A stretch of DNA of 64,000 nt from Eledone cirrhosa. Lineage: Eukaryota. Below are positions 54,280 through 64,000 of this stretch, in pieces. The stretch covers positions 24,552,001 through 24,616,000 of the forward strand of contig OZ024762.1 of assembly GCA_964016885.1 (NCBI GenBank). The letters are read 5' to 3'. Every line of letters begins with the position of its first letter. Position 1 is the first letter of the stretch. Under the pieces are notes generated by a model. It made no database searches, was not told where the DNA came from, and saw nothing but the letters and a program-made list of their open reading frames with translations. The position numbers and the translations under genes are program-made.

Positions 54280-56110
54280 TAAAGGGGGTTGGTTCATATA
54301 TTTGGTGTGAATATTTTAATAATTTTCGCCAACTTAAAATTCAGTGTGAATAGGTTTGAATTTGTGCCCATTTCTGAGACATAAAATAATGCGCTAGCTT
54401 TGGCTTGTATTCAAGATCAATATTTTAATGATTTTCTTCAACTTGAAATTCTTTGTAAATAAGGTTTGAATTTTTGCCCATTTCCCAAACATATATAGAT
54501 TCATATTCAGGGTCAAAACTTAAATGATTTTCACTAACCTCAAATTCTATGTAAAAAAGATTTTAATTTGTGTCCTAAGATTTGAACTTTTGCCAACTTC
54601 TCAGACATAAAATAGTGGGCCTGCTTATATTTGGAGTCAATATTTTGATGATTTTTAATAACGTCAAATTCTATGTAAATGAAATTTGAATTTTAGCCCA
54701 TTTCTCAGACATAAAACAGTGAGGTTGGTTTATATTCAGGGTCAAAACTTAAATGATTTTCACCAATTTCAAATTCAACATAAACAAAGTTTGGATTTAT
54801 TTTTGTCTATTTCTTAGACATAAAACAGTGGGGTAATCTTATATTCAAGGTCAATATTTTAACGATTTTCTCCAACTTAAAATTCTATGTAAATAAGGTT
54901 TGATTTTTGCCCATTTCTCTGATATTACATAGTGGGGTCAGCTTGTATTCAAGGCCAATATTTTAACGATTTTCTCCAACTTCAATTTTAACATAAATAA
55001 AATTTTAATTTGTGCCTTTCTCAGACATTGAACAGTGGGATCGGCTTATATTTTGACGATTTTCATTGACTCAAATTCTACATAAATAAGGTTTTTAATT
55101 TGTGCCCTAAGGTTTAAACTTTGCCCATTTCTTAGACATAAAATAGTGGGGTCAACTTATATTTGAGGTCAAAACTTTGATGATTTTAATCTACTCAAAC
55201 TCTACATAAATAAGGTTTTTAATTTGTGCCCTAAGGTTTGAACTTTTGCCCATTTCTTAGAAATAAAACAGTGGGATTGATTTATATTCAAGGTCAATAT
55301 TTTGATGATTTTTCTCCAACTTAAAATTCTATGTAAATGAGGTTTCAATTTTTGCCCATTTCTCTGATATAACATAAAATAGTGGGGTCAACTTATATTC
55401 AAGGTCAAAACTGAAATGATTTTCAAGGTCAATATTTTAACGATTTTCTCCAACTTAAAATTATATGTAAATAAGGTTTGGGGTCACCTTATATTCAAGG
55501 TGAATATTTTGACAATTTTCATTGACTTCAAACCCTACATAAATAAAGTTTGGACTTTTTGACCATTTCTTAGACATTAAACAGTGGGATCAGCTTATAT
55601 TTGGAGTCAATATTTTGATGATTTTTAATAACCTCAAATTCTATGTAAATGAAATTTGAATTTTAGCCCATTTCTCAAACATAAAACAGTGAGGTTGGTT
55701 TATATTCAGGGTCAAAACTTAAATGATTTTCACCAACTTCAAATTCTGCATTAATAAGTTTTGGATTTATTTTTGCCCATTTCTTAGACATAAAACATTG
55801 GGGTCATCTTATATTTGATGATTTTCACCAACTTAAAATTCTATGTAAATAAGGGGTTTAATTTGTGCCCTAAGGTTTGAAATTTTGCCCATTTTTTAGA
55901 CATATTCAAGGTCAATATTTTAACAATTTTCTCTAAATTAAAATTCTATGTAAATAAGGTTTGAATTTTTGCCCATTTCTGAGACATAAAACAGTGGGGT
56001 CATTCAAGGTAAATTTTTTTAACGATTTTCCCCAACTTCAATTTGAACGTAAATAAGGTTGTAATTTGTGTCCCTTTCTTAGACATATAACAGTGGGGTC
56101 AGCTTATATT
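54280..56110. repeat. Degenerate satellite, ~100-125-bp unit
   Basis: Recurrent ttctatgtaaataaggtttgaatttttgcccatttct.agacataaaacagtggggtca.cttatattcaaggtcaatattt. Confidence 0.88.
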
Positions 56111-56599
56111 TGCATCTGCTTATATTCAACTATATACGGTATGTGTTTGTGTGTATACGAATGTCTCAACATTGGCAATGTTTCAAAATGTCTCACATAT
56201 ATTATTATTACTATTTGCATGTGATATACTACCAAGCAAGCTTGCATTACATTTACACCTACCTGCAAAGACAAGTAAACTCACATGTGGTCACTCAGTT
56301 TGCTAGAAACAACAGACAAATATTGCTCAAATCTCACCTGACTCTCCAAAGGAAAACAAACAAAAACAAAACCAAACAAGAAGGACACGTTGAATAATAT
56401 GAGGGGGCGGGTGAAACTATTTTTAGAATGAAAATAAAATAAGAATAGGGGTCATGAGCATGACGAGAATGCTTTTGTTTCAATGTGTGCATGTGGTCGG
56501 CTCAAACTGGTTTGATCTTGGGTTAAACAATAATAATAATAACACATATTGCATGTGATTGCTATATATGCTTAAAATGACAAAAAAACATTGCTTTAA

Positions 56600-56820
56600 C
56601 CCTTTAGCATTTACATTACTCTATATATACTATTATATTTTCATGGTAAAGGCTTTATCTCACATAACTATATCACATAATATCGAATCTATGAGATTTT
56701 GGTATTATTTATTTTGAAAACAATACCGTAACATCAGTATGAGCAGCCAGTTACAGACGGCTTGAACAGAAAGAGGTGAGAGAATTCTGGCTGGATACGG
56801 CCGGTTTAAATGCTAAAGGG
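56600..56820 (+). mobile_element. piggyBac-type MITE (221 bp), best copy
   Basis: TTAA|CCCTTTAGCATTTA ... TAAATGCTAAAGGG|TTAA: TIRs plus TTAA target-site duplication (TSD). Confidence 0.88.
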
Positions 56821-57599
56821 TTAAATATTACCCCTCCATCTGAAATTAGACGATGACATCTGAGAATTCCTTCTCAAACTTGGAAGATCATAAGACGGGT
56901 GTTTATCCCAGTTTGCTTTGTGTTAAGCAACTGAGAGTGTAAGATTGCCTTCCCCACTAGACAGGATGTCAGTCCATCACAGGGTTAAACCTGAATATAC
57001 TCGAGCAATGTTAAATGAAGTGTTCTGATTAAACCTCTCGGCCACACATCTTTACAGAATTTATTGGATAACATTTTAACCTGTTGATTGCCACGTATAT
57101 TTTACACACCTACAGTTGCTGTACCAGTTTTTTTTTCCAGTAAAATTACTATTTTGATTGACAAACATCAATAAACTAGAAGCCCCATCTAGCTTTGAAG
57201 TTATGAACTGTTGGAAAGGAGTTCAAACATGTTAGGATAAGTTATCTCATCCTAGGCACTGGAATTCATACATGTTAGGATGAGTTATCTCGTCTTCAAC
57301 GCTGAAGAGGTTAAACATCTAAGCCACATGTCTTCACAGAATTCATTGAATAACATTATAAATACACGATCCCTAAAAGAAGAAGAGTAAACATTTTTAA
57401 ATGGGATTCTCATGACTGAAACCCTTACACACATAAACCATTTTAATTGGGGTTGACTTGAGAGCTAGACAACTAGAAGAGAACCGAAACATACAAACAC
57501 AAAAATATAATTTGAAGAGTTTAAACAGTGATGTAATGTTAAAAACCTTTTTATTGTAAATTGTAAATAATTGTCTCAGAACCTTCCATCATAATTTTA

Positions 57600-57915
57600 T
57601 GTAGGAACCTTTAAGTTATGTTCCAAACACCAACACAATATATTTATATACGTATAAATTGTGGGTGAAAAAACAAAGTAATGAAAGTAAGAGAAAGGAT
57701 AGGAACCTTTGTTAAGTTATGTTCGAAAGACTAACACAATGTTGTGGTTGAAAAGACAAAATAACGAAAGCAAGAGAAAGGGTAGGAACACCTTGTTAAG
57801 TTACGTTCCAAACACTAAATTGATATAATTATATATGTAGATATTGTAGGTGAAGAGACAGAAAACAATGAAAACAAGAGAAAGTATAGGGACCTTTGTT
57901 AAGTTATGTTCCAAA
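57600..57915. repeat. Degenerate ~100-bp tandem repeat x4
   Basis: ggaacctttgttaagttatgttcc recurs four times. Confidence 0.65.
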
Positions 57916-58961
57916 ACCAACAGACACGGGAACTAGCAGAGTCGTTAGAACATCAGAAAGAATGCTTTGTGGTTTTGTTCCTTTGTGTTCAAAACCCACT
58001 GAGGTCAGCATCGCCTTTCATCCATTCGAGGTTGATAAATAAAGTACCAGTCAAGTACTGGGGTCAATTCTTCCTCTATATCTCTTTCTCACTTCCTCTC
58101 TCTCATTCTCTTTATACTTCTCTAGAGAAAATCTGCTGTACTGAGACCTGGAGAGTGGATGGTCTACACCAGGTTTTAAAATGCCCTAAGAAATGCCATT
58201 TGTCAATGTGGCACCTCTATAACTCCCTTGGGAGTTAGAGGTCCATACGATATGTATATATGGATGTATCATCATCACTATTTAGCGTCAATTTTTCCAT
58301 ACTTGCATGGGTTAGACGGGTCACCCATGCTCAGAGACAAGTCTAGCCAGAATTAGATAAGCCGTACCTTGCTCCGACAAGGACAGTAAATTTTGCAGGG
58401 GATTTTACAGTTGGATGCTCTTCCTAACACCAACCACATTTACAGTGTGGGACTATATATTCATATAAACCACATCTAATGCAATAGATAACAAGGATAA
58501 ATGCAGTTATGAATCAGAATCCGGGTCGTCTTCAATTCAAAAGCCAGAGTGACATTTTGGTATTTACAGATCAGCAAAAACAGCAACATCTCATTATTTG
58601 CACAGCTTTGGTGCCAGTGATTACACAAACGGATCTTTCATGTATATGTTAATAAAAATTCCAAGAGAATCATCAAAGATTTCAGCAATAATATAAATGT
58701 CATCATTAATTTAATGAAACTCAACGTCCTGTTAATTACCCAGGCACAAGAGACAGGTAAATGATAAAGGTATGGTATAAATATTTAATAAAGAGATACA
58801 TAATTAATAAAAAAAAAAAAAAAAAAAAAATTGAATAAAAAAAAAAGAATGAATTAAGAAAAGAACTGAAAAAAAATGCATATACATATATGTATATATA
58901 TATATATGCATATATATATGTATGTATATATATGCATATATATATGTATGTATATATATGC

Positions 58962-58999
<38 letters not shown>

Positions 59000-59001
59000 G
59001 C

Positions 59002-59040
<39 letters not shown>

Positions 59041-59161
59041 TATGCATATGTATATGTATATATATATATATATATATGCGTATACATATGTATATATATA
59101 TACATATATGTATATATATATGCATATATATATGTATATACATATATATATCTATACATAT

Positions 59162-60074
59162 ACAGGGTACGGACAATATTTGTTCGCAAGATTACTGTCC
59201 AGGAAAAGATAACACAGTAGTTTTATTTTTTAAGATATATTTATCAAACTTGGGTCAGTTTGTCTTCATGACTTGTTCTTTCGATCTCACTTGATAAACC
59301 CGCCATTGGCTTTGATGGCAGCCTCGGACTGTCCCCCGACTTAAACCCCTAAAGGCACTTGTGATCCTGGTCTTCAGATTGTCTTTCGTATTGCAGCTAG
59401 ATCTGTTGGTGTCTCGTTCCATTGCGCCCCACACAAAGAAGTCGAGGGGTTGCAGTCAGGCGAGCTGGGAGGCCAGATGTCTGAGAAAAACCACAGCATG
59501 TCTGGCTCCAGTGGGTGTTTCAACTTGTTGATCAGCTTCTTTGCGTGCTTCAGTCGCTTTTCTTGCATCGCTTTTGACAGAAATTGTCCTTTCCTCATCT
59601 TGTATGAAACGTAGCGAATATCTTCATGTACCACCAGCCTAATGAACTTGTCATCCACGCCTTTCTCCCTTGCAATGGCACGCATCGACTTGTTAGGTTC
59701 ATTGTTGATGATATCCTGAACTTCAGCGACAAACTTGGGCGTTCTGAAGGCGTCAGATCGTCGATCATGTGTTTTCCTCTCTGATATTGCTTCGAATCCT
59801 GAATCTTCCAATTCCTTTCTGACCTTTTCCACCATTTTCCTGCTGATGCTGAGAAAGTGTGAAATTTCCTTATTTGTTCTCCCGGCACGGATTCCAAGAA
59901 GAACTCTGTCTCTTCCACAAATTTGAAAGTTCAAAATTATTCATAATCAATTATTCTGAAAATAAATAATGGAAATATAGTCAGTTTTTATGAAGACAAG
60001 AGTGACAACGGAAGTAAATAAAATTTGCATAAAATTAGCAGTTGAAAATTATGAACAAAAATCGTCCAGACACT

Positions 60075-60075
<1 letters not shown>
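59162..60075 (-). mobile_element. Tc1/mariner (maT/DD37D-like) transposon, internally deleted
   Basis: ORF 59374-59934 has an HTH-type N-terminus (SMRAIARE), then WFFSD fused directly to IWPPSSPDCNP. Degenerate TIRs cagggtacggacaatatttgttc / gaacaaaaatcgtccagacactat sit in TA context. Confidence 0.85.
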
Positions 60076-60106
<31 letters not shown>

Positions 60107-60121
60107 GTGTGTATACATATA

Positions 60122-60166
<45 letters not shown>

Positions 60167-60309
60167 GTGTGTGTGTATATATATATATATGTGTGTGTGT
60201 ATATATATATATATGTGTGTGTGTATATATATATATATGTGTGTGTGTATATGGGTATATATGTGTGTGTATATATATATATATGTGTGTGTATATATAT
60301 ATATATATA

Positions 60310-60745
60310 CACCCTGTCCCACCCCATCCACACCGCCTCCTTTAATGCAAAGTTATGTTGGTGCCACAACATCCAGGCCGAAACACGAGATCGTGTAGGT
60401 GTCACGACAAAAAAAACACAGTCCACGCTGTAACGTGACCGTGTAGGCAACACGGTAAAAACCTCCCACTGTAAATGTGGTTGGTGTTAGGAAGGGCATC
60501 CAGCTGTAGAAAACACGCCAGACAGTCCACGCTGTAATGTGGCCTTGTAGGCAACACGGTAAAAACCTCCCAGCCCCACACTGTAAATGTGGTTTGTGTT
60601 AGGAAGGGCATCCAGCCATAGAAAACCCGCCAGACAGTCCTATGCGAGCAAGACAACCACTCTTGCCTCAAGTGGGAAAACCCCCGTCCAAACCCATGCA
60701 AGCGTGGAACAGGGATGTTAAACGATGATGATGATGATGATGATA
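60310..60745 (+). mobile_element. RTE-tail-bearing repeat with internal duplication
   Basis: cactgtaaatgtggtt.gtgttaggaagggcatccagc twice, ending in (GAT)n. Relatives at 14880-15180, 20330-20530 and 58265-58450. Confidence 0.6.
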
Positions 60746-60764
60746 CACACACACATGTGTATAA

Positions 60765-61106
60765 TCATCATTTGATCATTTCATTTTACGTCCACTTTTC
60801 CCTGCTTGCAAGGGTGGGACAGGAACTGATTCTGGCTTAATTTCTACAGCTGGATGCCCTTCCTAACACCAACCTCATTTACAGTGAGTGCTGGGTGCTT
60901 TTTTCCCGTGGCACCTCCACGACCACTTTGCAGTGGAATGATAGGGACCCCAGTCCCTATCATCTCATTTCTACAGCTGAGTAAACTGGAGCAATGTGAA
61001 ATAAAGTGTCTTGCTCAAGGAAACAACACATCACCCGGTCCGAGAATTGAACTCACAACCTTTCGATTGCAAGGCCAATGCTCTAACCACTAAGCCATGT
61101 GCCTCC
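60765..61106 (-). mobile_element. SINE family B, full length
   Basis: Same sequence as 14533-14872. Confidence 0.87.
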
Positions 61107-61415
61107 ATATATATAAATATATATGTATGTGTGTATGTATCTATATGTATATATATATATATGTATGTATATATATATATATATATGTATCTTTGTATAT
61201 ATATATATGTATGTGTATATATATATATATACGTATATATATATATATGTATATATATATATACGTATATATATATATGTATATATATATATACGTATAT
61301 ATATATATGTATATATATATATACGTATATATATATATATATATATATATACATACATATATATATATATACATATATATATTAATGTCACCTAGACATG
61401 ACATATTGTTCAAAC

Positions 61416-61455
<40 letters not shown>

Positions 61456-61460
61456 GTAAA

Positions 61461-61495
<35 letters not shown>

Positions 61496-61833
61496 CTACA
61501 TGCCCATATATGGACTGTATACTGTGGTTATTTCCGCTAGATTTTTGCCGTTCCAATACTGGTGGCTTAGTTCGGATCTAGCTGGCGAAACGGCTGGAGC
61601 TCAGATGTTGGGGTCCTGAATCTTGCCTGCTCATATATGTGAGTGCCGCATTCAATCATGGATAACCACAGTACGTGAAGTACTCAATATGTTAGTAGAG
61701 TGTATACAAAATTTAATAAAGAAATGGCTGCTACAGGACTAGAACGGATGATTTCTTACTAATGAAATGGTTCTAGTCCTGTAGATGCCATTTATATATG
61801 TTTATATTTATATATAACTATATATAAATAGTT

Positions 61834-62166
61834 GGCACATGGCTTAGTGGTTAGAGCATTGGCCTTACAATCGAAAGGTTGTGAGTTCAATTCTCAGACC
61901 GGGTGATGTGTTGTTTCCTTGAGCAAGACACTTTATTTCATATTGCTCCAGTTTACTCAGCTGTAGAAATGAGGTGATAGGGACTGGGGTCCCTATCATT
62001 CCACTGCAAAGTGGTCGTGGAGGTGCCACAGCAAAAAAGCACCCAGCACTCACTGTAAATGAGGTTGGTGTTAGGAAGGGCATCCAGCTGTAGAAATCAA
62101 GCCAGCATCAGTTCCCGTCCCACCCTTGCAAGCAGGGAAAAAGCGGACGTAAAATGAAATGATGAT
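61834..62166 (+). mobile_element. SINE family B, full length (inverted relative to 60765)
   Basis: ggcacatggcttagtggttagagc...ggacgtaaaatgaaatgatgat. Confidence 0.87.
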
Positions 62167-62457
62167 ATATGTATGTTTATATTTATATAAATATATATAT
62201 TATAATAGAATATAAAAGAAAAATCAACATAGATATATAGATATATGTGTTCAAATCGTAAGGGACCGGATTCTCTAAGGGGAAAAGAATACTAACTATA
62301 GACAATTGGGTTCACTTGTCTCAATTTAAGAAAATAAATACAAACCGGAATTGGGGTACCTACCAATCACCCAGACAACTTGTTGTAGAGGTAATGGATA
62401 TACATACACACACATATATATATTTATAGTTATGTAATAAACAACATAAGGCAATTA

Positions 62458-62514
62458 TTCCATTTACCAGTGGTTTCTTAAAAGCAAAAAATTTTGCTTT
62501 CAATCCTCAGAATG
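62458..62514 (-). ncRNA. Type I hammerhead ribozyme (identical inverted copy)
   Basis: Core lies in the left arm of a perfect 89-bp inverted repeat. Stem I is only 4 bp on this strand. Confidence 0.7.
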
Positions 62515-62531
62515 TAAACAGACCAGGATTT

Positions 62532-62591
62532 TTTCATTCTGAGGATTGAAAGCAAAATTTTTTGCTTTTAAGAAACCACTGGTAAATGGAA
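62532..62591 (+). ncRNA. Type I hammerhead ribozyme, canonical core
   Basis: tttcatt CTGAGGA(62539-45) ttgaaagcaaaa-tt-ttttgcttttaa GAAA(62572-75) CCACTGG TA| aatggaa. Stem I 7 bp, stem II ~10-12 bp, short stem III, GUA cleavage after 62584. Confidence 0.8.
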
Positions 62592-62683
62592 TAATTGCCT
62601 TATGTTGTTTATTACATAACTATTAAGCTCTGTTACCTACATAGAGCACTCTTTTTTCCTGGACTTTTCCGACGGAATTACTT

Positions 62684-62718
<35 letters not shown>

Positions 62719-63617
62719 CGATATACATATATATATGTATATAATTATAGATACATTTTGAGTTCCTAACTGTATACCTTTGATATAAATATATATATGA
62801 TTGTATGTATAGTATATTTGGTAATATACCTTATGTTTGATTAAAAACATTTAGAAGACCATTCGCTATCAGATTTAAAGTAGTGACTATGTCACTTACT
62901 TATTTTCGGCAAAGGTGGGGGGAGAGGCTGACAGTTTGTTTCTCGCTGTTTGGCATTTATCAAAACTGCACACTCCCCTACTTTTACCAACAATTATAGA
63001 AGCTGGATTCTTATAGAATTACAGTAATAATGAGGAGCTGATTACACATCGATTGCTGGTCCAATATATATATATATATATTAGAGAGTGACAATAGGAA
63101 TTGCAGGTTTTTGTGGAACTTTATTTCATATTATAATAGCTTCTATATCAATAAGCTTGGGTTGGATCATAAATATATGCAGACATATATTTATATTTAT
63201 ATGTAGTTAGTAATATATATAATTATATATTGAGCTATACATATAGAAGAGAGGTAATGGATATACACACTAATATATATATAGAACGATATACATATAT
63301 ATATGTATATAATTATAGATACATTTACAAATATATAGATAGATAAATATATATAGATACATAGAGAAATATATATATATATTTATTTATTATACATATA
63401 TATACACATATAAATATATATTAATATGGACAGATTTATATATAGATATCCATATATATATATATACACATATGTAGATGAATGTATATATATATATATA
63501 TGTCTTTATAGAACTATATACACATATATATAATTATACATAGATAGATATATTTATATAGATACATAGAGAAATATATATATTCAGTTATATAGATATA
63601 TATTTATACATTAAGTA

Positions 63618-63836
63618 TTTCTGTAGAAAAGAAGAGTGCTCAATGTATAGTACAGAGCTATTTCATTAGATAATAAACAATGCAATATAATTATTCCATT
63701 ACCATCTGGTGAAATAGTTATCTAACTATTTCATCTGATGAATAGAGCAGACAAATCTGTAAGGATTGTCTAGTTTTTTTGAAACCACTGGTATGGTAAT
63801 GGAATAATTATATTGTGTGGTTTATTATGTAATTAA
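63618..63836 (+). mobile_element. Decayed HHR-family foldback element
   Basis: gaaaagaagagtgctcaatgta end. taattattccattacca pairs with tggtaatggaataatta. Core CTGATGA(63735)...GAAA(63781)CCACTGGTA. Confidence 0.6.
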
Positions 63837-63850
63837 ATGTGTAGATAGGA

Positions 63851-64000
63851 ATCATCATCATCATCATCATCATCATTTTAAGTCTGCCTTTTCCCTGCTT
63901 GCAAGGGTGGGACGGGAACTGATTCTGGCTTGATTTATACAGTTGGATGCCCTTTCTAACACCAACCTCATTTACAGTGAGTGCTGGGTGTTTTTTTGCC
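63851..64000 (-). mobile_element. SINE family B 3' part (runs off the window)
   Basis: (CAT)n then ttccctgcttgcaagggtggg...ggatgccctttctaacaccaacc. Confidence 0.8.

Larger units (their letters stand above)
62426..62681 (+). mobile_element. HHR-bearing Penelope-like/retrozyme-type element with inverted 5' duplication
   Basis: Arms 62426-62514 and 62535-62623 are exact reverse complements with a 20-nt spacer. The 3' tail acatagagcactcttttttcctggacttttccgacggaatta is shared, in opposite orientation, with 9785, 10015, 33035 and 63620. Confidence 0.72.

Noticed and set aside
61836-61905. Possible tRNA gene (tggcttagtggttagagc...gagttcaattc)
   Set aside because: It runs into a SINE body and tail, and I could not complete an acceptor stem, so it is a tRNA-derived SINE head.

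Overview
AT-rich animal genomic DNA packed with (TA)n/(TAA)n/(CAT)n microsatellites, tRNA-derived SINEs, MITEs and decayed LINE and DNA transposons. The repeat landscape suggests an octopus or other coleoid cephalopod, but that is inference. Nearly all ORF-track entries are microsatellite artefacts. The one host gene I can support is the 3' end of an RBFOX (Fox-1/A2BP1) gene on the + strand: a 67-nt exon (7648-7714, YGREYAADPYLGHSIGPVTGYG) and the terminal coding exon (22941-22985, ATVYRGGYQRFAPY*), separated by a 15.2-kb intron. Three observations stand out. (1) Several families of short elements carry type-I hammerhead ribozyme (HHR) cores, usually as inverted pairs with one copy on each strand, as expected of Penelope-like pLTR or retrozyme derivatives; one pair lies inside the RBFOX intron. 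(2) A probable RBFOX autoregulatory switch: UGCAUG sites crowd the 3' splice site of the 67-nt exon, and skipping it would replace the FAPY nuclear localisation signal (NLS) with a ...PTEIT* end. (3) One SINE family and a piggyBac-type MITE are almost all on the same strand. Coordinates of degenerate repeats are approximate (+/-10-20 nt).
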